From positions 1-59,309 of the IMG/VR virus record IMGVR_UViG_3300025012_000917: a DNA stretch of 59,309 bases. One strand, 5' to 3'. Source of the DNA: a virus (Duplodnaviria > Caudoviricetes). The notes beneath the pieces are model-generated. The model did not search any database and was not told the origin of the DNA. It worked only from the letters and a program-made list of their open reading frames with translations. How positions within the stretch are numbered: position 1 is the stretch's first letter; the number at the start of each line of letters is the position of its first letter. This document shows, in pieces, positions 8,915-19,100 of the stretch. The position numbers and the translations under genes are program-made.

Positions 8915-10450
8915 TTATTTATCCTCCATCATTTTATAGAGCACTTCCTGCTCATCGTGTTTACCGCGCAGAACCGCGAGAATATCCTCGTCAATTGTGT
9001 CTTTGCAGAGAAGATAAACATACGTGCATTTTTTGGTCTGGCCTGGACGATGAATGCGGCCGCGCGCTTGTTCGTGTTTCTCCGAGCTCCAATCAAGTGA
9101 GAAGAATATCTCAAGCGAACAATTCACAAACGTAAGGCCATGCGCTGCTGAGGCAGGATGCGCCACAAGGAACCTTGCGGATCCAGAGAGGAATGCCTTT
9201 ATACTTCCGTCTTTATCTTTAGTGAGCGCTGAAAGCGTGACGACTTGATTTTCTCCGAACCGCTTATGAAGTTCATGACAGATTTTGATCTGCTCCCAGT
9301 GAAATTGAATCCAGATGATGATGGGTTGATTGCCGGCCTCTTCGATATTATCGAATAGCTCTTTAAGTTTTGGATTTGAGAATTCTTTTTCTAATGGATT
9401 GAACGCGTCCCCCCAAAAATCTTCTTCTCCCGGTTCATTTTTGACAAACGGCATTTTTGTTTCTAATGACATTTTGAAATGATTATCATGTTCAAGATTT
9501 ATTTCATAAGAATCCCCTTCTTCATTATAAATAAATCCGCTCGTGATCTGCCGAAGCTTCATAAGTTTTGTTAACGCAAGCGGTGCTGCGATTTGCTGTT
9601 CCTGGATCTGAACCACAAGATGCCGTTTCATTTCAAAATAAGCTTTTTTCTGAGAATCTTCCATCTCTACTAGCCGAATCTCATCTACCTGGTCCGGAAG
9701 ATCGAGACAGTCTTTTTTCTTGGCAAGATAACAATGCGGCATGATGAATTTCATGAGTTCGTTTCGTTTCTCATTAGTGATCTGATAGTCACATTTACGG
9801 AAAATATCAGCTGCTTGTAATCGGCTTATAAATGTCGGCGTCACGACCTGTTTAGTGTAGCGATTCACCAAATGAAAGAAATGAGAACGGAACGCTGTCA
9901 TGCTGGTACCAAGACACCCGGGTGCCACGAACTGCATCTGCGGCCAATATTCCATTTCCGAGTTCGGAGCCGGGGTCCCCGACATCACGATCCGGTACTT
10001 AAATAGTTTTGCCATTGCAAGCAGGATTTTTGTAGTCTTAGATTGTGCGTTCTTGATACGTGATGATTCGTCGAGGACGATCATCCAATCAAATCCAGAT
10101 TTTAATTTTCTCAACAGAGTAGTCAGTTTATCTTTTGAAAGAAGAAACTCATAATTTACAAGGAAGATATCTTCAGCAATCCGCCCCAAATCACCCCATC
10201 CATTTCTTATATTCCACACCGAAAAATCAGAGAACTTTTTAACGTCCTCCGCCCAAGCTGCTTCAAGTAATGAAATCGGAGCCACGACAAGCATTCGTAT
10301 ATGCGGATTTGATTCTCTTATTTTATTGAAGATCTCGATCGCCGTTCTTGTCTTACCCGTTCCGATCTCCATAAACAATGCTCCGCTTCCACCTTTAGAG
10401 ATAATGAATTCAACGCCTTTTTTCTGGTGCTCAAACATCGGTAAGGTCAT
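8915..10450 (-). CDS. SNF2-family (DEAD-like) helicase
   Basis: MEIGTGKT (Walker A), LDESS, SGTP, QARGRIHRPGQ; start moved to MTLPMF after GGAGG. Confidence 0.92.
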   Translation of the reverse strand: MTLPMFEHQKKGVEFIISKGGSGALFMEIGTGKTRTAIEIFNKIRESNPHIRMLVVAPISLLEAAWAEDVKKFSDFSVWNIRNGWGDLGRIAEDIFLVNYEFLLSKDKLTTLLRKLKSGFDWMIVLDESSRIKNAQSKTTKILLAMAKLFKYRIVMSGTPAPNSEMEYWPQMQFVAPGCLGTSMTAFRSHFFHLVNRYTKQVVTPTFISRLQAADIFRKCDYQITNEKRNELMKFIMPHCYLAKKKDCLDLPDQVDEIRLVEMEDSQKKAYFEMKRHLVVQIQEQQIAAPLALTKLMKLRQITSGFIYNEEGDSYEINLEHDNHFKMSLETKMPFVKNEPGEEDFWGDAFNPLEKEFSNPKLKELFDNIEEAGNQPIIIWIQFHWEQIKICHELHKRFGENQVVTLSALTKDKDGSIKAFLSGSARFLVAHPASAAHGLTFVNCSLEIFFSLDWSSEKHEQARGRIHRPGQTKKCTYVYLLCKDTIDEDILAVLRGKHDEQEVLYKMMEDK

Positions 10451-10605
10451 TACGAGCCTCCGGAAGAAAACGTAGTCATCCAAACGAACCCTAAAAGAAC
10501 TGACGCAAGGATTGAAAACATTGCGGCTACCCAATGCTTCGATTCTGATTCGGATATTCCGCGAACGAAAAAGTAAATTGCAGATATCATATAAAGGTCA
10601 TTCAT
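10450..10605 (-). CDS. small membrane protein (51 aa)
   Basis: Hand-translated MNDLYMISAIYFF...WVAAMFSILASVLLGFVW; TAATG-coupled to helicase. Confidence 0.45.
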   Translation of the reverse strand: MNDLYMISAIYFFVRGISESESKHWVAAMFSILASVLLGFVWMTTFSSGGS

Positions 10606-10607
10606 GA

Positions 10608-10805
10608 TTACCACCCCCTTTTCTTTTTATCGACGATCTTCGCAAGTTCTGATCGTTCGATGAGTCGTGAGTTCTTGTCTTTAAAACTCGGTATCTTTCC
10701 GAAATGCACATAGATCTTGATGGTTCCTATCGTCCAATCAATTCCGTTCAGCGCTAAATATTCCTGCGCTTCACGGAGCGTTAAATTAAGATCGGTTAAA
10801 GACAT
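10608..10805 (-). CDS. helix-turn-helix DNA-binding protein (excisionase/MerR-like)
   Basis: LTLREAQEYL...TIKIYVHFGKIPSFK...RLIERSEL. Confidence 0.75.
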   Translation of the reverse strand: MSLTDLNLTLREAQEYLALNGIDWTIGTIKIYVHFGKIPSFKDKNSRLIERSELAKIVDKKKRGW

Positions 10806-11117
10806 TTTGATTTCCTCCTGTCCCCAGAAGCCTGATCTGGGTAATGATGTAATGACTTTCCTGCGGCGTGATTGCCGGCGGATTGTCTGGCTGTTCAGCC
10901 ATTCGTTTTTTTAGGTCAATATACCCGATGGCGTTTTTAATGTTGCGTGTCATTTAGTTCTCCAGAAAAGCCATGAAAAAAACAAATGGATAGAAACTAT
11001 TAATAGAATAATAGGAGCTACGATTAAACCAATTGTCATAAACACCCCCCAACACTTAAAAATAAATATCCAGTCAATATTCATAACTTGATTTTCCATT
11101 TCGGAATTTAATTTCTT

Positions 11118-11375
11118 TCATACAACCTCCAACATATGCATCTCCGTTGATTTGTCGAACCCATCGCGAAGTGGACATTCAGGATTGACGGCAAACATAT
11201 TGGCAACTTCTGTTGGGCTCATATCTTGAGGATAGGGATTTTCTTCCCGATCCCATGCCACCATAAATCCAGATCCGTAATCCGAAATGATCACACCTTC
11301 AGTACCTTTAGGAACTCCGGAAAGTTCACTCACTGATTTCACACGTTTACCTAGTTTAATGTCGTTGATATTCAT
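11118..11375 (-). CDS. hypothetical protein
   Basis: 85 aa, GGAGG RBS. Confidence 0.65.
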   Translation of the reverse strand: MNINDIKLGKRVKSVSELSGVPKGTEGVIISDYGSGFMVAWDREENPYPQDMSPTEVANMFAVNPECPLRDGFDKSTEMHMLEVV

Positions 11376-11908
11376 TGTAATATCCTCCGCATGTTCTTCT
11401 TCCAGTTTTCATTTCCTTGTTTATCAACCGATGGAGGGCAATACCGATCCGCTAGAAAATCTAAATACTCTCCCGGTCGTCCGGCTTTTTCCCATCTCTT
11501 ATAGTTGTTAATAACTGTGTTAGCCGCCACCTGCCGGCAATCATCATAGCCAGAGCAGTTCACCGATTTAATACCGAACGGAAACCGGGTTTTGTTTCCA
11601 CCTTCAACAATGTAGATGGCATCCACAATCGCATCGAAGTCTGGAAGCTGATCCGCAGAATGCTGCCACCGGACCTGTTGCGCGAGTTCGGCATCTAATT
11701 GCTCATCGGCGATCAACGTGGTAGACCCCAAAATGATCAGTGCCATAATAACCGCAAGTGTTTTTGTGCGCCGCTTGGCTTCCAGTTTTGCCGCTGCTGT
11801 TTTCATGTACGGATCATTCGCGAAACAATTGTGGCGGTAAGGATACGGATACTCATTTCCGCACCGTTCACATTTCTTTACGCTTTTGACTTTGATCTTT
11901 TCAGTCAC
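11372..11908 (-). CDS. membrane-anchored lysozyme/transglycosylase-like protein
   Basis: TM segment LAVIMALIILG, then AIVDAIYIVEGG (catalytic Glu-like)...FGIKS...FLADRYCP...NWKKN; GTG start after GGAGG. Confidence 0.55.
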   Translation of the reverse strand: MTEKIKVKSVKKCERCGNEYPYPYRHNCFANDPYMKTAAAKLEAKRRTKTLAVIMALIILGSTTLIADEQLDAELAQQVRWQHSADQLPDFDAIVDAIYIVEGGNKTRFPFGIKSVNCSGYDDCRQVAANTVINNYKRWEKAGRPGEYLDFLADRYCPPSVDKQGNENWKKNMRRILQ

Positions 11909-12116
11909 TGAATACCTCCGCAGTACGTTTGATTTCGCTCTCCATATTTCTAACGGCTTTCCTGAAATTCTTAAACTTTTCAATCCCACCCCATGGCGGA
12001 ATGACCACATATCCAGGTTGTCCGTTCAGTTTCTTGATCAGTTTGTAGATCCGGAACCCCGCCTGCGTCCTGAGCAGTTCAAAATTCTTGAGGTTGTATT
12101 CGGGCATGATGTTCAT
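11901..12116 (-). CDS. hypothetical protein
   Basis: 71 aa coupled ORF. Confidence 0.55.
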   Translation of the reverse strand: MNIMPEYNLKNFELLRTQAGFRIYKLIKKLNGQPGYVVIPPWGGIEKFKNFRKAVRNMESEIKRTAEVFSD

Positions 12117-12523
12117 GCATTCTCCTGAGAGTCTTCTTTCATATTAATAAAACTTTCCGGACATTTATATTCATAAACTTCTTCTTCTCGTTCCGGGCAG
12201 GCTGGAACAATCATTTCCGGGATGATCTTCTCTTCTGTCGCAGGAATGATTTTCGTTCCGACCAATACTTTCTTGCATACAAGATCGCGTTCGGCTGTTA
12301 CCTGAATGGAAATTTGGTCAAACTTGCGAGTTGCATTAATCCAAGCATCTGCGCTCTTTTCAAATGTTCCCAATGCCTTCGCGTTTTTCTGGAACGATTC
12401 TTTCGATCGACAAGCAATAAAAATTGTAAAATCAAAGATGTTGCAGTCTTCAAAGTCAAAATCTTTTTCCTCCAGAAAGTCTGCAACTTCCTTTAGTTCC
12501 TTGATAAAATTTTCTTTATTCAT
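12113..12523 (-). CDS. hypothetical protein
   Basis: 136 aa, AGGAG RBS. Confidence 0.65.
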   Translation of the reverse strand: MNKENFIKELKEVADFLEEKDFDFEDCNIFDFTIFIACRSKESFQKNAKALGTFEKSADAWINATRKFDQISIQVTAERDLVCKKVLVGTKIIPATEEKIIPEMIVPACPEREEEVYEYKCPESFINMKEDSQENA

Positions 12524-12538
12524 TTCAATCTCCTTGTT

Positions 12539-12829
12539 TTAATATCGGTACATTGCGAACGCCGCATCATCGCAAGGCACCAGTTTTTTGATATGTTGCT
12601 CGCTGTGAATTTTGTCGCCATGCCGCTTCACCCATTCCTCATCATGCTCTGAGAAATGAGCGTAAATCGTCCAGTCATGAATACCGCCGAGTTCCGCAAC
12701 CCACCTTAGCTCTTTGTTCGTTCCAGCCATAAATAATCCTTCCGAATCATCGAAAGCTGTTCCAGTTGCAAAGATAGTATTAGGTGGCATTGCTTTTAAT
12801 TGGTCAAGCGTCAGCATGTTATTTTTCAT
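12539..12829 (-). CDS. hypothetical phage protein
   Basis: 96 aa, GGIHDWTIY motif. Confidence 0.65.
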   Translation of the reverse strand: MKNNMLTLDQLKAMPPNTIFATGTAFDDSEGLFMAGTNKELRWVAELGGIHDWTIYAHFSEHDEEWVKRHGDKIHSEQHIKKLVPCDDAAFAMYRY

Positions 12830-13181
12830 CCTCTACAAACTCCGCATTGTCCGGAAGTCTTTCCTTGAAATTATCGGGAATGACTCCATTAAAGCTGAGA
12901 TTGGTTGTTGTGATGGTGGCTCCTTTGAAGAACCGGATATCGAACCGTCTTCCACCGAATCCTTTAGCATCTTCTTTCACGCCATATTCCTGCCCAAGAT
13001 GATAATTTTTCCCGTCGATTCGTACCATGCTCGGATCGTCACGCAGGATATACAGACGGTACCAGAAGTCGCATTCGAAGCACCGCTGTGAGAGAATCAA
13101 CCGCGTGACGGTACTCTCATCAAACATCAATTCTTTTTCATAGCCGCATTCCATACATCGTACTTTTTGAAAGGTGTTCAT
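12819..13181 (-). CDS. hypothetical phage protein with Zn-binding CxxC pairs
   Basis: CMEC, CFEC, GFGGRRF. Confidence 0.65.
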   Translation of the reverse strand: MNTFQKVRCMECGYEKELMFDESTVTRLILSQRCFECDFWYRLYILRDDPSMVRIDGKNYHLGQEYGVKEDAKGFGGRRFDIRFFKGATITTTNLSFNGVIPDNFKERLPDNAEFVEDEK

Positions 13182-13336
13182 TTAATTCCTCCTTTTTGTT
13201 CCACCGAATGTAAAAATTTATGGTCACAATTCCAGCAACACACTTCATCCCATGCCGGTAAAATGTTTTCAAGCGGTCGATACATCGCATTAAGTTTTCC
13301 GCATTGAGGACATTTTGTCTGACCATAAACGTTCAT
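13178..13336 (-). CDS. small Zn-ribbon protein (52 aa)
   Basis: Hand-translated MNVYGQTKCPQCGK...CCWNCDHKF; preferred over the track ORF 13138..13326. Confidence 0.55.
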   Translation of the reverse strand: MNVYGQTKCPQCGKLNAMYRPLENILPAWDEVCCWNCDHKFLHSVEQKGGIK

Positions 13337-13417
13337 TTTAATATTCTCCCGGAAGAAGCCTCTTTATAAACTTCCTCTTTAATATTTTTCATTTAATGCC
13401 TCCTTGTTTACAAAAAA

Positions 13418-13446
13418 ACTATAACATGAAAGTTAACCATTGTATA
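13418..13446 (-). promoter_or_regulatory. sigma70-like promoter for the early/replication operon
   Basis: TATACA-17 nt-TATAGT with extended -10 TG, in AT-rich intergenic DNA upstream of AAGGAGG RBS. Confidence 0.55.
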
Positions 13447-13564
13447 TAACTATTTATTAATAACCATTAGTTAATATAGTAAGTGCAGGTGTTTAAAAGA
13501 CTTACGACGTTAAACTATTTTTATGTTAAACGATTTAAACCGGAAACCAAGCGAAAATGAACAC

Positions 13565-13602
13565 AAAAAAACAGCGCCGAGGGGGAAGACCCGGCGCTGT
13601 TT
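13565..13602 (-). terminator. rho-independent terminator ending the late operon
   Basis: AAACAGCGCCG...CGGCGCTGTTT stem followed by T-tract on minus strand. Confidence 0.85.
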
Positions 13603-13625
13603 AGGAATGAGTTTTAGCGGAAATT

Positions 13626-14195
13626 TTAGCGGGGAGGTTGAGGAACTGTGATCTCTTTTTCTTTCGGGGCGAGCTCAATCGCTTTCGCCCATTCCATGGA
13701 AACCTTTTCATCTTTCGAAATGAAAATCTTTGCGTCTTCTGTGATGATCCACATCGCCTTGGCATCTCTTGGCATACAAGCGTCTTGCCTGTCCTGAGTT
13801 TTATCTTCTGAACGGAGTGACGTTAAAGTCTTAAGACCTGCCGTGATCGCACTTCCGATGGCAGCAGCCGGACTGGCATCCTGAACAGCGCTGATAACGG
13901 CGGCCGTCCCGAGCCCAAGATCAAGGCTGTTCCGTCCGATCGAATCTATTGTTGACTGGGAAGGAAACACCTTATCCGTGAGGCTTGGATTGTTTGCAAG
14001 TATCGTGGCATATTTCTTCAAAACATCAGCCTTGATGTAATCACTCGCCACGTTTTGCGGAACATGAATCGACCAGACAGGATCACAATGATACTTACTG
14101 CTTGAGAACGTCGGCATGTAAAGCGGAGTGTGCGCACAACCCGTCAATAAAAGAGAGGCCAATAAACACAGGTGGACGGAGGTGGACTTCCTCAT
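13626..14195 (-). CDS. lipoprotein (possibly spanin-like or superinfection-related)
   Basis: Signal peptide with lipobox LLTG-C; last gene of late operon. Confidence 0.65.
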   Translation of the reverse strand: MRKSTSVHLCLLASLLLTGCAHTPLYMPTFSSSKYHCDPVWSIHVPQNVASDYIKADVLKKYATILANNPSLTDKVFPSQSTIDSIGRNSLDLGLGTAAVISAVQDASPAAAIGSAITAGLKTLTSLRSEDKTQDRQDACMPRDAKAMWIITEDAKIFISKDEKVSMEWAKAIELAPKEKEITVPQPPR

Positions 14196-14482
14196 GCGTG
14201 CTTAAACACACCGGAATTATTTAACGCGCCGACAATTTGATCGATCAGGAATCCATAGATCCATGCTTCCAATCCTTGGGGAACGAATGGAATATCAATC
14301 ACCGATTGGATAGCCTGAATCGCGATTTCTTTCTTCTCTTTTCCGGTCGTACCGCCAAACTCTGAGGCGATGGACTCTACTAATTTCACGACTTCCTGAA
14401 TCAATTGGATGATGTTCAATTTCTTATCTTTGAAGTCCTGAAAGATATGCTGCCCTTTTTCTAGAATTAGATTTAGATCCAC
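14192..14482 (-). CDS. holin LL-H-like small protein
   Basis: VES...GTTGKEKKEIAI pattern; follows tail fibre. Confidence 0.45.
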   Translation of the reverse strand: MDLNLILEKGQHIFQDFKDKKLNIIQLIQEVVKLVESIASEFGGTTGKEKKEIAIQAIQSVIDIPFVPQGLEAWIYGFLIDQIVGALNNSGVFKHA

Positions 14483-14505
14483 GAATACCCCCTCTTTGTT
14501 TAAGG

Positions 14506-14772
14506 TTAATATTTCCTGTCGATAACGCCCATCTCTACTTTTAAATTCATAAAGGCCGCACGCACATAATCCTCAGCTTCTGAATCCTTGACGTCTTTAA
14601 AAATCTCTTTGAACCGGCGAACACACCATGCCCGTTTCTCATCACCTTTTCCGGATCCGAACATATCCTCTGCCGCACGTACAAGCCGCCATGCTGTTTT
14701 TTGAAAGAGATCACATAATGCATTCAGATCAATTTTTGGTTCTGATTTTTTAAAGTAATGACTTAGAAACAT
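14506..14772 (-). CDS. holin LL-H-like protein (no obvious TM helix)
   Basis: LVRAAEDMFGSGKGDEKR resembles the LL-H holin soluble motif. Confidence 0.45.
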   Translation of the reverse strand: MFLSHYFKKSEPKIDLNALCDLFQKTAWRLVRAAEDMFGSGKGDEKRAWCVRRFKEIFKDVKDSEAEDYVRAAFMNLKVEMGVIDRKY

Positions 14773-14782
14773 GATCCCCTCC

Positions 14783-15952
14783 CTATGCCTGAATCTCTTC
14801 TACGATTATGTTTGATGTCAATGCGAGACCCCCATAAAGACCTGCTGCTCCAGCGCCATTCATCCCTATATCACCAGTATCGTTTCCAACTCTCACAGAA
14901 AATCTAATTGCATTTAAAGAAGTGACACTGACAATTGCTATAAAACAAGATGGTTCCGGAGATAGATTTTCTTGCGCAACATTGCTATTCACAGCCTTGA
15001 TAAGAGTTTGATTGGCATAAAGAGCAATGGTGCAATAATTTCCTGTGTTAGTAGGTTCGTAAGGATTCATCGAAACAGTAACTTTCATATAATTATTAAT
15101 TGCTTTAGGACTATAGATTAATGCGAGGAATTCATTTCCTTCAGTAATAAGCGGCGGTGTGTTATCAAAAGGAGTTGTAAGAGATCCCACTAGATTATCT
15201 GCAGTTTGAAAATGTCCGAACCCCACAACTCCGCCAAGACTTATCCTGTTTCCTTCTTGCCGTAACGCAGAACCAAAAAGTTCAACATCTCCATATAGAT
15301 CCCCAGAAGCAACACATTTAATCGTATGCACACCTTGATGTTTATGATCTTGTCTTGCGGCAGCCGTTCCAGATCCCACCACATTATCACCCGTAACACT
15401 TAAAGGTGTAACTAATGTCAAAGTTGTCTGAGCGGAAAGGGAATAAAAATGTGGTCGCAAATCCTGATAGATATAACCATCTCCTGTATTCGAATTCCTA
15501 TCCTCAAAATTGACAATCCGAGTCTCTGTAGTTTTATGATACACAGCGCAGATTGGAAGTCTGTCCCCAGATGGCGAAAGAGAAGGGAGTCCAGGCGTTA
15601 TACCCTCCGTTCCAGTTTGAATCCGTATATCCCCAGATGGAGTGAGGTAAACAATATCAAGCCTGGGATTGGATGCTGGAGCCGACATTGTCGGGGAATC
15701 TCCGGAATTGAAAAAGATACGGGTATTATTATCGCTTGCATAAATGGGATTGTAAAATGAAGAGGCGTCTCGCCCGCGCACCATGATTTTCATATCTGCA
15801 GGAGAATGCGCGCGTGGCTGAAGCGGCAGAAAATCCATGAACCCTAATCCCTGAAGGGCGTTCTTGGTTCCCGGGATTGAGAAGCCATCACCAGACGATG
15901 GGAAAGTAGGATCGTAATAAGGTCGGGCGTTTGTAAACGGATCTACAGGCAT
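14783..15952 (-). CDS. tail fibre / receptor-binding protein
   Basis: Position after central tail protein; APASNPRLDIVY, GTAAARQDHKH fibre motifs; 8 [ST]GD. Confidence 0.75.
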   Translation of the reverse strand: MPVDPFTNARPYYDPTFPSSGDGFSIPGTKNALQGLGFMDFLPLQPRAHSPADMKIMVRGRDASSFYNPIYASDNNTRIFFNSGDSPTMSAPASNPRLDIVYLTPSGDIRIQTGTEGITPGLPSLSPSGDRLPICAVYHKTTETRIVNFEDRNSNTGDGYIYQDLRPHFYSLSAQTTLTLVTPLSVTGDNVVGSGTAAARQDHKHQGVHTIKCVASGDLYGDVELFGSALRQEGNRISLGGVVGFGHFQTADNLVGSLTTPFDNTPPLITEGNEFLALIYSPKAINNYMKVTVSMNPYEPTNTGNYCTIALYANQTLIKAVNSNVAQENLSPEPSCFIAIVSVTSLNAIRFSVRVGNDTGDIGMNGAGAAGLYGGLALTSNIIVEEIQA

Positions 15953-16126
15953 TTAGTTCTTCACCTTTGTTATGCGAAAGGTCATAAGTTCTTCATTTTT
16001 CGGAAATCCCGGGAGAATAAGATTTAGAAGTTCATCTCTGTCATAAAGCTTGATTGTCTTCAAATTACATTCTACCACTACCGTCCCTCTATGTCTCTTG
16101 ACTCGGAATTGCGAAGCCTTTGTCAT
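15953..16126 (-). CDS. hypothetical protein
   Basis: Small coupled ORF MTKASQFRVK. Confidence 0.45.
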   Translation of the reverse strand: MTKASQFRVKRHRGTVVVECNLKTIKLYDRDELLNLILPGFPKNEELMTFRITKVKN

Positions 16127-16127
16127 T

Positions 16128-19100
16128 TTAATAACCATTAACCGCAATATTCACTGAACCAGATTGAAGATTCCCGCTTGTATCAAAAAGTTTGATCAAT
16201 GCAGAATTGGGAAGATTGGATTGATCATCAATTCTTGGAGTTAAATTACTAGTTCCAACCGTTGTAACGACGATTGATTTTACTGATGTGAATCCTGAAA
16301 AATTGACTGTCGATCCGCCAGCTCCAATCGTCTGATTGAGGATGGACTGATTGCGGTCCGGGACGTCAACCGTTAGATAAGCCGATATCAATCTGACAAC
16401 CGTGCTATCAAGCGTTGCCTGGATTCTGAATCTAAATTTCACATAGCGGGCGGTGTACTGTCCTGCCACAAAAGGAACATATGCGGAATAACTAATTCCA
16501 TCTGTAGAGGTGGAAATATCGATAATGATTACTCCGAGATTTGTTGTCGAATAACTTTGAAAATCAACAATGAATACAGCCGTTACCGAAACCCCGATAT
16601 CAATCGCCTCAGTCTCGTAACTTTGTTCGTCCGTTATAAATTTTTCAAGTCCATATCGAAAAGAGGATGCCTGAAACTGAGCCCAAGTAATTCCATCATT
16701 TTGATAGTCATTCCACGTCTTAACCGTTTTAGGTTGAAATGTAAGTCGATAAGCTTTCGGATCAAAATCGGTAGTAGGAACCCTATCTAGTTCTGACGAA
16801 AGAGTTCCCTGAAGAGGATGCACTAATTGTGAAACACGGCTCCAAATATCAAAATTGAAATAGACATTCGCTTCTGGAATTTGAGTTACGTTGATACTAT
16901 CGGCTGCCGCATTCTCAGAATAGTTAGCAGAATTGTCGATTGCTTTGACGAAATATTTTTTTGCACCACTTGTAAAATTGAAAAGATCATATTTGTTTAC
17001 AAGTATTTCCGTCGCAATGATCCCGGACGTTTCCCAAACAGAATCGGAATTTCCGACCCTTATCTCATAGGCAAATAGATCTTCATCATCAATGGCCGAC
17101 CATGTGAATGCAAGATGATCGTATGCAAAATTGACATCAAAGTCTTCGACGTCAGAAGGCGGTGTTCTTTTTCCTTCGATAGTAAGAGAAGCTGTAGCTC
17201 CTGGCGATTCCGCTCCCCTGTCGGAAATAGTTTTGACGCGGATAACAAAAGTCGTTCCAGTTTGGGTGTCTCCAAGAACAATCCGACAATTCGTCTTTTG
17301 AGGGCTCACGAACGCGACATCCCGATACGTTGCCCCGCCATCCCTTGACATCTGTATCAGGTAACGATCGAGCCTTAGAAGCTCATCATCGGGTATGGCC
17401 GTCCAAGAAACAAGAATGTTAGTCACGAATACGCCATCTTTATTGATAAAATTATCTTCAGTAAGTGTGAGCCCTGTCACGTCCGACAATGCAGAGTAAA
17501 GGTTCGGTCCGACCGGCTGATCATAAATAGTAATCGCTGCGCCAGGCCTATCATCATAAATAGAGGCGTTGTATTCCCGGCAAGTAAATCTTATGGTCTC
17601 ATCCTCTGCTTCCTGCATATTCGCAATCCGGAAAAGACGTCTCACAAATCTTGCGGACTGATGCGTCACAGCGATCACGTCTCCAACTTCGCATTGGATA
17701 GATTCAAGCCTGGCAGAGAAATTAATGGATATTGAAGAATATTTAGAGATGGCCATTTGAAGTTTTGCCATTCGAAGAGCCTGGCTTTCGCGTGTGATAC
17801 CAAGTAAAGAAACATCTTTCGTAATAACCGTACCACGATCGTCTTGATCAATACGATCTTCCACCTGCGTGTATACCTTCACAAAATTCTGGTTTGGATC
17901 TAACCACTGCACACGTATCCTGTTCGGGCGATCATCGATGGATGACATGTTCCATTGAAAACTATCCTTAACAATATTATTAGGATCGAACGTTGCGTTC
18001 TGAAGCGTTGTGGATCCATCCCCAAAATACTGCGTGATGGGTTCCGGCTTCTCGACGCGTAATTTGATTTTACTCCCGGCATAAACAAGAAACCCTCCGA
18101 ATGTAGCAAGCATATCATTTAAGACATCCTGTGCTGGCCGAGAAGAATCAAGAACGTAATCAAGCCGAAAACGGACTTCTTTATCATCAGGCACATCGAA
18201 ATCCGCAACCGATAGGGCAACGCCGTTGATGAATTTCGATTCATCGATCCATCCATTAAAATCCCCGCTGATCGATCCACCATCTGAGTTCTTTCCGATA
18301 TACATGCCACTATCGCTAGCGACGATAGATTCGGAATAATCGACATCACCGCCTTCTTGAACTCCATTAAGAAAAACTCGGAACTTCGTTCCCGCTCGTA
18401 CAGCACGTATGAAATACCAAGTGTTTGTGGATAGAACGGTAGTTCCTATTATCTGAACAACGGTTGTCGCAGATTTAGCCACTTCAAAAAGAAATTTTGA
18501 GCTATCAACCGCAATATAAGTCTGATCGCCATTTTTCCCTACCAACATGATTATCTGCGTCCCGGATGTACTATTAAGCCGAAACCATGCTTGCATTGTG
18601 AAATCATTAAACCCAAGATCAAAATCCGTATGTGCCGCATATTTCAGATAATCTCCTGATCCATCAAGAAGCAGAGAAGCTCCTCCGAATTTGAATTGAG
18701 AAGTATCAATTTGAGCATTCCCGAATACCGTAGGGATTTTGGGATTATTTGAAGAATCAAGAAAAGACGTAGATCCATCAGGCCCATCAAAATGTCCATA
18801 TAAAACAGTGCCTGCCTCTTCACGCGTAGGCGTTCCCAAGTTCCCGACTTTGTCCTCACAATAATTGTAAACTTCCCCGAAAGAAGCATCGTCCAGTATT
18901 GATTTTGCGAGACCAAGTCCGTATCTTTTGGTAATAAGCAGATCCCTGACGCATGCCGCTGGATTACGTGAAAAAGTTCTTGTTGTTACCCAAGCGTTTC
19001 CATCCCAGGTCTCGATCAAAAGCCCTTGGCAAAGAGAAGTGATAGTAGGATTCCCACTAATCTTCTCAGATGTTTTGAGGGTAAGAGCAAGGTAAGCGGT

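Noticed and set aside
10608-10805. Excisionase implying an integration module
   Set aside because: No integrase, repressor pair or att-like site is visible in the window, so lifestyle cannot be assigned.
13330-13625. tRNA or other known ncRNA in the largest intergenic gap
   Set aside because: No cloverleaf or T-loop motif; the region is explained by a terminator plus an AT-rich promoter.
14783-15952. Diversity-generating retroelement target in the tail fibre
   Set aside because: No reverse transcriptase and no template/variable repeat pair were seen.
18640-18680. LDGSGDY in the LamG insert as evidence for the sequon
   Set aside because: This motif is common in phage LamG-like domains generally, so it was excluded from the core count of 32.
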